A DNA stretch of 64,000 bases from Thermoleophilia bacterium (GTDB lineage: Bacteria > Actinomycetota > Thermoleophilia > RBG-16-64-13). The translations under genes were made by a program, and so were the position numbers. The notes beneath the pieces were generated by a model. The model saw only the letters and a program-made list of their open reading frames with translations, was not told the origin of the DNA and made no database searches. The DNA lies in NCBI GenBank assembly GCA_040770645.1, contig JAXGIS010000002.1:84962-148961 (forward strand), written 5' to 3'. Positions 14,515 to 23,815 of this stretch are shown in pieces. How positions within the stretch are numbered: position 1 is the stretch's first letter; the number at the start of each line of letters is the position of its first letter.

Positions 14515-15423
14515 TCAGGAGCAGCAGCGAGAACCGCCCGCGGCGCCCCCGGCGGCACTCGAGCCGGCGTCACTCCCAGTGTTTTGGCTGATGCCTGCAG
14601 GCGTCTTCTCCGCTTCACCCTCTGTGGCGAACTCCCGCGCCACCGGGTTGCGCCGGACACGGAACTGCCCCAGCCTGCCGTGACGCAGGGCGATGATCTC
14701 GGACAAGATGCTCACGGCTATCTCACCGGGCGTACCGCCTCCCAAATCAAGCCCGATAGGCGAGTGCACGCGGGCCACCCGCTCGGGATTGGCCCCTTCC
14801 GCCAGCAGTTGCTCCAGAACCACGCGCACCTTGTTCTGGCTCCCGATCATGCCGATGTAGGCCACATCGGCCGAGAGCACTGCCTCGAGCGTATCCTTGT
14901 CGTGCAGGTGGCCGTGAGTGACGATCACCACGTACGAGTTACGATCTAGAGCCACAAGTTCCGGCAGGTTGGCGGGATGGCCGCAGATGACCTGGTCGGC
15001 GGACGGCAGGTTCACATAATCGGCGTATTCGGGACGATTGTCGACCACGATCACGTTGAAGTCGAGCAGTTTGGCCATGGGAGTCAGCTTCTGAGCGATA
15101 TGCCCGGCGCCGGCCACCACCAGCGTCTGCGCGGCCTTGTTGACCTCCAAGAACACCGTGGTCTCCCCGCCGCACTCCATGCCCAACGCGTGCTCGCCCG
15201 AAGTGCGCAGTTCGTACTTGACCGTACGCGATATACCGCGTTTCAGAGCTTCGAGGGCGTCTTCCACCACCTGAAGCTCCACTTTTCCTCCCCCCACCGT
15301 ATCGATGGTGGAGCCGTCCTCCAACACGATCATCTTGGCGCCGGCCTTGCGCGGCGTGGACCCGAAGGACTCCACCACCGTGGCCAGAACGAACGCCTTC
15401 CCGTCTGCGGCCAACTCGGCCAT
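14515..15423 (-). CDS. xdhC: XdhC/CoxI-family molybdenum hydroxylase accessory protein
   Basis: FVLATVVESFGSTPRKAGAKMIV...GGG...VVAGAGHIAQ shows both XdhC domains. It has an unusual Gly/Ser/Ala tail ending in CCS. Confidence 0.85.
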   Translation of the reverse strand: MAELAADGKAFVLATVVESFGSTPRKAGAKMIVLEDGSTIDTVGGGKVELQVVEDALEALKRGISRTVKYELRTSGEHALGMECGGETTVFLEVNKAAQTLVVAGAGHIAQKLTPMAKLLDFNVIVVDNRPEYADYVNLPSADQVICGHPANLPELVALDRNSYVVIVTHGHLHDKDTLEAVLSADVAYIGMIGSQNKVRVVLEQLLAEGANPERVARVHSPIGLDLGGGTPGEIAVSILSEIIALRHGRLGQFRVRRNPVAREFATEGEAEKTPAGISQNTGSDAGSSAAGGAAGGSRCCS

Positions 15424-15445
15424 CTTTTGTACAACTCCTGTGAAG

Positions 15446-16198
15446 TCACCCGGCCACCTCCTGACCATCCTGAGACTGCAACGGCACCCTAAGGTGTCTG
15501 CGTACACGTCGCGCGGCCTCAGCCGCGTCTTTCTCACGCACCGCATCCACGATGTGCGCGTGGCTGTAGGTCACATGATCGGGATCACGAGCCTCCCGGC
15601 TCCCGGCCGCCCGCATCTGGGCCGCCTGCGCGGCCACAGCTTCTTCCAATGCGCGGCGCAACAGCGCCAACACTCGGTTGCCGGCGCAGTCGGCCAGGAC
15701 GTCGTGGAAGTGCGTATCAGCCGAACCGGGATCAGAGAGGGTGCTGGTGGCCCGCGCCGCTTCTTCGCAACGCCGGATCTGCTCGGGGCTTGCGGAGCGG
15801 GCCGCACGAGCGGCAATGAGAGCCTCCACGTCGGCCAGAGCCTCCAACAATTCCGCATACTCGGCCCTTCTCAACCTGGCGCTCCAAGTCAGAGCCTGGG
15901 CCACCACCCCGGCTTCACGAGGATTGAAGAACACCCCGCCACCCACGCCGACGCGCTGCTCCACGACACCTGCCGCCTCCAAGAGGCGCACGGCTTCGCG
16001 CATGGTCGATTCCGATACCACCCACTCGCCGGCCAGCCCGGCCCGATCCCCCAGCCGCTCCCCGGGCTCGATACCGGTTTCCGCCAACCACTCTCCCATT
16101 TCCCGAGCCAGATCCGCAGCTTTCACCATCCGCTTGGGTGCAGGCTTGGGCGGCGTCGCCAACGGCTCCGCATCGGCGCAGCCTGGAGACAGCGGCAT
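15446..16198 (-). CDS. GntR/FadR-family transcriptional regulator
   Basis: A winged helix-turn-helix (LGDRAGLAGEWVVSESTMREAVRLLEAAGVVEQRVGVGGGVFF) plus an FCD-like C-terminal domain. The start is ambiguous: ATG 16198 or ATG 16129. Confidence 0.8.
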   Translation of the reverse strand: MPLSPGCADAEPLATPPKPAPKRMVKAADLAREMGEWLAETGIEPGERLGDRAGLAGEWVVSESTMREAVRLLEAAGVVEQRVGVGGGVFFNPREAGVVAQALTWSARLRRAEYAELLEALADVEALIAARAARSASPEQIRRCEEAARATSTLSDPGSADTHFHDVLADCAGNRVLALLRRALEEAVAAQAAQMRAAGSREARDPDHVTYSHAHIVDAVREKDAAEAARRVRRHLRVPLQSQDGQEVAG

Positions 16199-16378
16199 CG
16201 GCCTCAATACCGCCTTCGTCTCCGGGTCTCCAGTCTGAGCCACGCGCTGATATCCTTCCCTGAGTCCCACAGCGAACAGAGAGTTAAAAGTATATCTCTT
16301 TGGTTTTGCCGGACCAAGCAATTGATGAAAGAGTGACTATTTTGCCATCTCGTGAGAGCGGCATGGAAGGGGGTAGCC

Positions 16379-17269
16379 TTGATCCTGTACACCTACCGGA
16401 CCGATACCCGGCTGGCACTCGGCATCAAGACGGACCAAGGCATCGTGGACGCGGCTACCGTCGCCGGGATTGTGGGCGCCGGCCGCGAAGTCGCCGAGCC
16501 CGCGTCCTTCTTCCGCGCCGGATGGGAAGCTATGGACCGTATGCGAGACTTGGCGGCTCGGGCGCTGGAGTTGCCGGAGTTGGCCGTGCCGGAACACCAT
16601 CTGCCTGCGGCCCCCTGCGTCCCGGCGCCTGGAAAGATCATCTGCATCGGCCTCAACTACCGTGGGCATGCGGCCGAGACCAACACCCAAATCCCCGATC
16701 AACCGGTGCTCTTCTCGAAGTTCAACAACAGCCTCTCCGGATCAGGGCAGGCAGTGCTCCTGCCTGAGCCCATGACCCGCTATGACTATGAGGCCGAGTT
16801 GGTAGTAGTCATAGGTCGGCAAACGAAGAAGGTGACGGAGACCTCCGCTTTGGACCACGTCCTGGGCTACAGCAACGGCAACGATCTCAGTTGCCGAGAT
16901 CTCCAGTTCCTCTCCGGGCAGTGGCTGGTCGGGAAGACGCTGGATGGTTTCATGCCTTTGGGGCCCTATCTGGTCACAGCCGATGATGTGCCCGACCCGC
17001 AACACCTGGGTGTGCGCACCTGGGTCAACGGTGAGCTGCGCCAGAACTCCAACACAGCGGACATGGTGTTCTCCGTGGCGGAGTTGGTCAGCTACATCAG
17101 CCGCTACATGACTTTGGAACCCGGCGACATCATCTCCACCGGCACACCGGAGGGGGTGGTTCTGGGCATGCGGGAGTGCGCCGGAGGAGCCCGGCCTTGG
17201 CTCAAACCCGGTGACGAGGTGGTGGTGGAGATCGACGGGTTGGGACGACTGGTGACGCCGCTGGTGTAG
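16379..17269 (+). CDS. fumarylacetoacetate hydrolase (FAH) family protein
   Basis: GKIICIGLNYRGHAAE...YEAELVVVIG...GDIISTGTPEGV. The likely start is TTG 16379, after GGAAGGGGG. The ORF is open from 16352. Confidence 0.87.
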   Translation: MILYTYRTDTRLALGIKTDQGIVDAATVAGIVGAGREVAEPASFFRAGWEAMDRMRDLAARALELPELAVPEHHLPAAPCVPAPGKIICIGLNYRGHAAETNTQIPDQPVLFSKFNNSLSGSGQAVLLPEPMTRYDYEAELVVVIGRQTKKVTETSALDHVLGYSNGNDLSCRDLQFLSGQWLVGKTLDGFMPLGPYLVTADDVPDPQHLGVRTWVNGELRQNSNTADMVFSVAELVSYISRYMTLEPGDIISTGTPEGVVLGMRECAGGARPWLKPGDEVVVEIDGLGRLVTPLV

Positions 17270-17307
17270 AAGCCGGGACAGTTCTTACCCACGGAAAGGA
17301 GCTTCCC

Positions 17308-17772
17308 ATGAAGTCCCATACAGTGTACAAAACCTTTCGCACAACCAAACGCCGGGAGTTCGTGCGCATCACCGCCGAGGTGGAACAGGCCGTGGCAGAA
17401 TCAGGCGTGCGCGAAGGGATGGTCTTGGTCTCGGCCATGCACATCACGGCCGGAGTGTGGGTCAACGATGATGACCCCGACGGCATCTTGGTCGATGCGC
17501 TCGAGTGGTTGGACAAAATCGCGCCTCCCAGCTGGCAGGCGCCGGCCAATGAGGTGGCCCGCGCACTTCTCCCCGCTCCCCGGAGATTACCGGCACCATG
17601 CCAACGGGGAAGACAACGGCGACGCCCATCTCAAGAACCTTCTCGTCCATCACCAAGTCATCGTGCCCATCACGGAGGGACGCCTGGATCGGGACCCTGG
17701 CAGCAGATTTTCTATTGCGAGTTCGACGGTGGACGCAACAAACGACTCGTGATCAAGGTCCTGGGCGAGTAG
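17308..17772 (+). pseudogene. yjbQ: YjbQ/UPF0047 family protein (secondary thiamine-phosphate synthase-like), out of frame and back
   Basis: The N-terminal part [14 protein letters not shown] and the C-terminal part [18 protein letters not shown] are in frame 1. The central [34 protein letters not shown] is in frame 2. The return shift is at the G-run near 17690. Confidence 0.8.
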
Positions 17773-17812
17773 ATAGTGATGGCCGCCCGAGGGTGTGACC
17801 GGGAAATGAAAT

Positions 17813-17851
17813 GAGGCGGCCGGGGTCCCGTACGGGACTCCCGGCCGCCTC
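17813..17851. terminator. long hairpin between the convergent yjbQ and nfnB genes
   Basis: GAGGCGGCCGGGGTCCC-GTAC-GGGAC(T)CCCGGCCGCCTC. On the minus strand it is followed by AUUUCAUUU. A second GC hairpin lies at about 17853..17884. Confidence 0.5.
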
Positions 17852-17903
17852 AGGGGGCGCGGCGCCGTGGCGCCCGCGCCCCATTACTCAATGCAGTAAA
17901 CCC

Positions 17904-19323
17904 CTACGCCACCACTTTGGGCGTCTTGCCCTTGAGATACTCGCCGATGGACTGAGCGCCACGCTTGCCGTCACCCATGGCCAAGATGACGGTAGCTCCG
18001 CCGCGCACGATATCCCCCCGGCGAACACACCGTCGAGCGACGTGGCCTGACTCTCATCGGCGATGATGTTGCCCCACTTGTCGAGCTTCAGGTCAGGCTC
18101 GGTGTTCGTCAGCAGCGGGTTGGCCACCGTCCCCAGAGCCACCACCACTGCATCACATTCCAGCTCGAACTCGCTGCCCGCCACCGGCACCGGGCGGCGG
18201 CGGCCGGAAGCATCGGGTTCTCCCAACTCCATCTTCTGCAGCTTGACGGCCCGGACCCAGCCCTTGTCGTCAGCCAAGATCTCCAACGGCGCCACCAGGA
18301 AGTGGAACTCCACCGCTTCTTCTTCCGCGTGTTTGATCTCCTCAACCCGAGCCGGCATCTCTTCTCTGCCGCGACGGTAGGCGATAATGGCCCGCTCCGC
18401 ACCCAGACGCTTGGCCGTGCGCACCGAGGCCATGGCCACGTTGCCGCCCCCGAAAACCACGACCTGCTTGCCCCGCAGTATGGGCGTGCCGGTGACATCC
18501 CCCATCCAAGCGCCCATCAGATTGGCACGCGTGAGGTATTCATTGGCCGAGTAGACACCTTTGAGGTTCTCCCCCGGGGACATTCAGGAACATGGGCAGA
18601 CCGGCGCCGTTGGCCACAAACACGGCGTCGAACTCATCGCGGATTTGGCTCAGAGTGAGGGTGCGACCCACAATCACGTCACACTCGATCTCCACGCCCA
18701 AAGCCCGCAGGTTCTCCACCTCTTGGTCCACGATCCTCTTGGGGAGACGGAACTCCGGGATCCCGTAGCGCAGCACGCCCCCGGTATCGTGTAGTGCCTC
18801 AAAGACGTGCACGGCGTGGCCGGCGCGCGCCAACTCGCCGGCTGCCGTCAACCCACCGGGACCAGAACCGATGACGGCCACACGGAACCCACTCTTCTCC
18901 GCCGGGGCCTTGTCCGGCTCCATGTTCTCGGCCGCCCAATCGGCCACGAAACGCTCGAGCCAGCCGATGGCCACCGGATCACCTTTCTTGCCGCGGATGC
19001 ACTGGCCCTCGCACTGCATCTCTTGGGGGCACACGCGACCGGTGGTTGCCGGCAGCGCGTTGTCCACACGGAGGATGGCGGCCGCTCCGGCCACGTCACC
19101 CTCCGCCAACAGCCTGTAATTCCGGGATGTGCACGTTTACCGGGCATCCGTCTACACACGGCCGCTTCTTGCAATCCAGGCAGCGTTTCGCCTCCTGGAT
19201 GGCCCACTCCAAAGGCAACCCCAGGTTGACTTCCTTGAAGTTCTGAGCGCGCTCCACCGGATCCTGCTCGGGCATGGTGGTGCGTTGGATGGCCATTCTC
19301 TCCTTGGCAGACAATTCAGTCAT
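17904..19323 (-). pseudogene. nfnB: NfnB/GltD-like NADPH-dependent oxidoreductase (glutamate synthase small-chain family), three frameshifts
   Basis: Four fragments: MTELSAKERMAIQ...CLDCKKRPCVDGCPVNVHIPE; LLAEGDVAGAAAIL...VAVIGSGPGGLTAAGELARAGH; GENLKGVYSANEYL...VVVFGGGNVAM; GVFAGGDIVRGGATVILAMGDGKRGA...KVVA*. Shifts are at about 19120, 18571-18579 (C5/G4 runs) and 18014-18019 (C6 run). Confidence 0.88.
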
Positions 19324-19341
19324 GGTTGATAGTCCCCTTCG

Positions 19342-20172
19342 TCAGACTTTGACCGAATCGAGCTTACAGCCGTGCTCGTCCAGTTCCTGGTACGCATTCT
19401 GGCGGGCGGAGAGCTCGTCGTAGTCGACTTGGTGACCATCGAACTCCGGACCGTCGACGCAGGCGAATTTGACCTGACCACCCACGGTCACCCGGCAGCC
19501 GCCGCACATCCCGGTGCCATCGATCATGATGGGGTTGAGCGAGACGATGGTCTTGACACCGTAGGGACGCGTCAGCTCGGATACGGCACGCATCATGGGA
19601 ACGGGGCCCACCGCGTACACGGCCTGCGGCTTGGTGGCCGGGTCCTCGAGGATCCTCTTGAGCGGCGCCGTCACGAAGCCCTTCTCCCCCATGGAACCGT
19701 CTTCGGTAGTAGCAATGGTTTGCTTGGAGAAGGCAGCCAGATCATCAAAGAGGATCACGTACTTCTCGCTGCGGCCGCCAATGATGGTGGTCACCTCGTT
19801 GCCGGCCTGCGCCAGCGCCTTGGCCAGCGGGAACAGCACCGCCGTGCCCGCACCTCCACCTACACACACCACCTTGCCCCACTTCTCCAACTCCGTGGGC
19901 ATGCCCAGAGGTCCGGCTACATTCTCAATGTATTCACCGGCCTTGGTGGCCACGATCTCCTTGGTGCTGTAGCCCACAGCCTGGATAATCAGAGTGATGG
20001 TGCCGGCCACCGGGTCATCATCGGCGATGGTCAGAGGGATACGCTCGGCTCCGGGGCGCAGCCGCACGATGGCGAACTGACCAGGCTTCCGTGCCTTGGC
20101 AATGCGCGGGGCCTCGATGACCATCCTGTGCAGTTGCGGAGCGATCTCTTCGTTGCTAATGACCTTGAACAT
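19342..20172 (-). CDS. nfnA: NfnA/SudB-like FAD/NAD-binding ferredoxin-NADP reductase-type subunit
   Basis: GQFAIVR...RIPLTIAD...VCVGGGAGTAVLFPLAKAL plus a C-terminal GMCGGCRV...FACVDGPEF [2Fe-2S] motif. Confidence 0.87.
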   Translation of the reverse strand: MFKVISNEEIAPQLHRMVIEAPRIAKARKPGQFAIVRLRPGAERIPLTIADDDPVAGTITLIIQAVGYSTKEIVATKAGEYIENVAGPLGMPTELEKWGKVVCVGGGAGTAVLFPLAKALAQAGNEVTTIIGGRSEKYVILFDDLAAFSKQTIATTEDGSMGEKGFVTAPLKRILEDPATKPQAVYAVGPVPMMRAVSELTRPYGVKTIVSLNPIMIDGTGMCGGCRVTVGGQVKFACVDGPEFDGHQVDYDELSARQNAYQELDEHGCKLDSVKV

Positions 20173-20398
20173 GCACTACTTTCCTTTCCTCGTCCAGATC
20201 AACGAGTCATGGCCTTTCAGTGAGCGGCAGCGCGCAACCGCCCGCGGCCGACACGTCGTCACTGTAGCAAACGACGGCTCGCCTTGATACCGGTTTCTTG
20301 ATCGACTCTTGGTCGACCGGGCAATCAGCGCAGTTGCAGTGAGCCGGCGCGGAAGGGAGCGGCCAAACGGCCTCCGTGACTTCGCCGGCCACCCAAAC

Positions 20399-20439
20399 GG
20401 CTGGGGCCGGGGCGCCTCCCCGGCGCCCCGGCCCCAGCC
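20399..20439 (-). terminator. rho-independent-type terminator after the bamA-like gene
   Basis: A perfect 18-bp stem (GGCTGGGGCCGGGGCGCC / GGCGCCCCGGCCCCAGCC) with a 5-nt loop. On the minus strand it is followed by CCGUUUGGG. Confidence 0.6.
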
Positions 20440-20474
20440 CTGACCTCTGTGTCCCTTGGGAGCGGCTGCGCCTG

Positions 20475-21611
20475 CTACTTGGCGAGCGGCTTGGGCATGA
20501 TTTCCTCGAGGGCGTCGAGTTCCATGAGCCTGCCCTCGGCCACCAGCTGGCGGTACTTGATGAAGTCGATGGTGTCCTTGCCGGTGAGCTTGCGCGTGCT
20601 GAACGCGTGGAAGCCCAGGAAGGCATCGAGCATCATGTTCTGGCCCAGCCACTGGCGCATGAGCACCTTGGACTGATCCCAGAAAAAGCGCTTCTTCATA
20701 CGCATGGAGTCGAGCGACATCTGCACGTTGCCCTCGAAGAGGTTGGCGATCTGCCAGATGATCCTGTTCACCTCGGCGTCCAGCTTGGAGAAATCGTACT
20801 CGCAGGAAGCCATCAGTTCGCGCGCCGCTTTGGCCTCAGCGCCGGTCTTCATCTCCCCGTAGACGATCTCGCCATCCTTGACATAACTGTCGGTGATGAC
20901 CAGCGGGTTACGGATGAACTCGCCGTCCTTCTTGAGAACCGGGATGGCCTTGGTGATGAGGTTCTTGGCCCGCATCTTGTAGGCCGACCACATCTCGCAG
21001 GAGACGCAGTTCCACATGGCATCTTCGATGGAGAGAAATTCGCAGAGGAAGTCGGTGGCCCCACCCACGGCGGCGGAGCCGTGGCGCGGACCGGCCTGAC
21101 CGAAAACGGCGGTATCGGCAGCTACGGCCAGGTCGGCAGCCATACCGATCTCCTGCCCACCGGCGACACGCATGCCGTTGACGCGGCAGATAACCGGCTT
21201 CTTGCAGGCCAGGATGGAGTCCACCATCCCATTGAACAACTCCATGTAATCCTGGTATTCCTTGGGCCTGCGCGAGTAGTACTCAGAGTACTCCACGGTG
21301 TTGCCACCGGTGCAGAAGGCGGCAGTGCCGGTGCCGGTGAAGACCACGGCCACCACGTCACGAGCGGTGGACGCGTTCCAGAAACCGGCGATCACGCCTT
21401 TCACCATCTCAGTGGTGTAGGAGTTGTACTGTGCAGGGTTGTTGAGCGTGACCCAAGCCGTGTAGAGACCGGGGACCTCGTTGCCGTCCGGGTCCACCAA
21501 GGGCTTCTTCTCGAACATGGTGCACGGAGCTTCCGTGCCCCAGTATTCCTCGCCCTTGAACAGTCGATGGTCCTTGATCTCGTTGTCGCGTGGCAACCAA
21601 TCCAAACTCAT
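20475..21611 (-). CDS. bamA: 6-oxocyclohex-1-ene-1-carbonyl-CoA hydrolase-like crotonase (BamA/Oah family)
   Basis: LNNPAQYNSYTTEMVKGVI...FTGTGTAAFCTGGNTVEYSEYY...NGMRVAGGQEIGMAADL...GPRHGSAAVGGATDF, plus a long C-terminal extension. Start at ATG 21611, after AAGGAG. Confidence 0.7.
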   Translation of the reverse strand: MSLDWLPRDNEIKDHRLFKGEEYWGTEAPCTMFEKKPLVDPDGNEVPGLYTAWVTLNNPAQYNSYTTEMVKGVIAGFWNASTARDVVAVVFTGTGTAAFCTGGNTVEYSEYYSRRPKEYQDYMELFNGMVDSILACKKPVICRVNGMRVAGGQEIGMAADLAVAADTAVFGQAGPRHGSAAVGGATDFLCEFLSIEDAMWNCVSCEMWSAYKMRAKNLITKAIPVLKKDGEFIRNPLVITDSYVKDGEIVYGEMKTGAEAKAARELMASCEYDFSKLDAEVNRIIWQIANLFEGNVQMSLDSMRMKKRFFWDQSKVLMRQWLGQNMMLDAFLGFHAFSTRKLTGKDTIDFIKYRQLVAEGRLMELDALEEIMPKPLAK

Positions 21612-21671
21612 GGGGTCTCCTTTGCTCGTGGGACATCCTCTTCCTCGGCACGCACCTGGCAGCGCCGTGTA

Positions 21672-21706
21672 TAGCAAAGGGGTCCGGCTACGCATAACCG
21701 GGCCCC
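21672..21706 (-). terminator. terminator after the SDR gene
   Basis: On the minus strand, hairpin GGGGCCCGG-UUAUGCGUAG-CCGGACCCC is followed by UUUGCUAUAC. Confidence 0.55.
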
Positions 21707-21778
21707 TGTTGCGTGCTCTCCGCCTTGCCGCCGGCGCCCCAATGGCGTCACGGACACCTCGCGGAGCCTGCTTCTACC

Positions 21779-22537
21779 CTAAATATACTGGCCGCCGTCC
21801 ACCTTGATGACTTCACCCGTGATATGACGGCCCAGCTCTGATGCCAGGAAGGCCACGGTCCAAGCGATATCATCCGGCACGCCTGCGCGCTTCACCGCCG
21901 ACTCATCCACGGCGGCCTGCTTGAACTCGGCCGGCATGCTTTCTCCCATCTCGGTGAGGATGAAACCGGGCGCCACCGAATTGCAGGTGACACCGTACTT
22001 GCCCAGCTCCTTGGCCGCAGCCTTGGTGAGACCAATGGCGCCGGCCTTGGCCGCCGAGTAATTGGTCTGGCCGAACTTGCCCCGCAGCCCGTTGATGGAC
22101 GTTACGCTGATGAAGCGGCCGTAGTTCTGCTCTTTGAAATACGGGGCACAGGCCCGCAGGTAGTTCCATGTGCCCTTCAGGTCCACGTCGATGACGCGAT
22201 CGAACTGCTCCTCGCTCATCTTCCAGATCACGCCGTCCCAGTTCATACCGGCGTTGCAAACCAAGATGTGGACCGCACCCAACTCCTCAACAACCTTCGC
22301 CACCATCTTCTCGGCGTCGGCCATGCTGGAGACGTCTGCCTGCACGGCGATGGCCCGCCGGCCCATAGCCTGCAGTTCCTCCACCAACTTGGCTGCCTCA
22401 TCGACGCTCTTGCGATAGTTGAGCGCGATATCCGCACCCTGCAGGGCGAGGGTCCGCACCATCTCCGCCCCGATTCCGCGAGTGCCCCCGGTGACGATGG
22501 CCACCTTGCCACTCAGATCGATAACCGCTTTCGACAT
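21779..22537 (-). CDS. SDR-family oxidoreductase (FabG-like)
   Basis: TGGTRGIG, NAG, and the S...YSAAK catalytic motifs. Confidence 0.9.
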   Translation of the reverse strand: MSKAVIDLSGKVAIVTGGTRGIGAEMVRTLALQGADIALNYRKSVDEAAKLVEELQAMGRRAIAVQADVSSMADAEKMVAKVVEELGAVHILVCNAGMNWDGVIWKMSEEQFDRVIDVDLKGTWNYLRACAPYFKEQNYGRFISVTSINGLRGKFGQTNYSAAKAGAIGLTKAAAKELGKYGVTCNSVAPGFILTEMGESMPAEFKQAAVDESAVKRAGVPDDIAWTVAFLASELGRHITGEVIKVDGGQYI

Positions 22538-22837
22538 TCCTCTCAGTCCTCCGGCCGCAGGTGCTTTTTGAGCAGCGCCATGCTACCACAACTACCGGCG
22601 GTGGCCATCATCCTTTGCGCCGGCTATGCTCTATCCTTGAGATCGAGGCTTCCTGCGTGGATCGGAGCCCTTTGCCTCATGGGGAGGACACGTGCCCAAG
22701 GTACCCCGGGTGATCCAAAAGTTGCTGTCTGCGCCCGGCCTGGTGGTTGTGCCGGGCCCCGCCCGTGGCTGCGCGGGCTGGAGGACCATTTCCATCGCAT
22801 TCAGTGCGCCCCTTGCCGCCGCTGGGAGCTGCACCGT

Positions 22838-23815
22838 ATGACCGATGCCCCCCACATCGCCTGTTCACAGATACGACGAGACTACTTCAGGGATCGCTGG
22901 ACCCTGATCGCGCCGGGGCGCGCCAACCGCACGATCGAAACGGCGCCGGGTCCCGCGGCGCCGGCCGCCCCGACTGCCGCCTCCTGCAGCTTCTGCCCGG
23001 GTCGCGAGTCGGAGACCCCACCGGCGGTGCTTCGTCACCCGCCCGTGGGCGACTGGATGATTCGGGCCTTCCCGAACCTGTATCCCGCACTTCCCCATGC
23101 GCACGAGGTACTGGTGGAGACCCCGCTCCACGGGTCTTCTCTGGCCGCGCTGGGGCCGGAACACCTGGAACTCGTGCTGTGGGCGCTGGACGGCCGGTTA
23201 CGGACGCTGTACCGCACCACGCAGGCCGCCTGGGTCCAAGCCTTCAAGAACCAGGGCGCCGCGGCCGGTGCGTCCTTTGGCCACGCGCACTCCCAACTGG
23301 TGGCCACGCCCTTCGTGCCGGCCGAAATCGCCGTGAAGTCGGCGCACTCTCATGCGGAGTCCTGCCGCTACTGCGCCATATGTACCACGGAAGCCGTAGG
23401 CCCCAGATCGGTGGCGGCCAACCGCTCGTTCGTAGCCTTCTGTCCGGTGGCACCCAGTTGGGAGGGTGAGGTATGGCTGCTGGCGCGCCGGCACGTGCGT
23501 CACCTGCCGCGCGCGCGCTCTGCCGCCCTTTCCGAACTCGCCGCCCTGTTGAACCGAGTCCTCCGGGCCGTGGAGGCCGTGACTCCCGCCTACAACATGA
23601 TGCTGTTTGCAGCCGCGCCGGGGATGGATCTGCACTTTCACGTGGAAATCGCGCCGCGGCGGGAGCAGGCGCTGAAGGCCGGGCTGGAACTGGCCACCGG
23701 CATCTCCGTAGTGCGCCAATCACCCGAAGACGCCGCTCACGCCTATCGCCGGTGGATCACGGAGCACGACACAGCCCCGCGAGCGGGCACCCCTACTCAA
23801 CCATCTCCGGAATGA
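22838..23815 (+). CDS. galT: GalT-like HIT-family nucleotidyltransferase/phosphorylase (galactose-1-P uridylyltransferase family)
   Basis: CSFCPG zinc motif and FGHAHSQLVA (HxHxQ). The real start is ATG 22838; the upstream 190 codons of the open frame are non-coding. Its 3' end overlaps otsA by 23 nt. Confidence 0.8.
   Translation: MTDAPHIACSQIRRDYFRDRWTLIAPGRANRTIETAPGPAAPAAPTAASCSFCPGRESETPPAVLRHPPVGDWMIRAFPNLYPALPHAHEVLVETPLHGSSLAALGPEHLELVLWALDGRLRTLYRTTQAAWVQAFKNQGAAAGASFGHAHSQLVATPFVPAEIAVKSAHSHAESCRYCAICTTEAVGPRSVAANRSFVAFCPVAPSWEGEVWLLARRHVRHLPRARSAALSELAALLNRVLRAVEAVTPAYNMMLFAAAPGMDLHFHVEIAPRREQALKAGLELATGISVVRQSPEDAAHAYRRWITEHDTAPRAGTPTQPSPE

Noticed and set aside
22268-22837. An N-terminal 190-codon extension of the galT-like ORF.
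   Set aside because: It overlaps the SDR gene antisense and an intergenic spacer, and has no motifs. Family-like sequence begins at ATG 22838.
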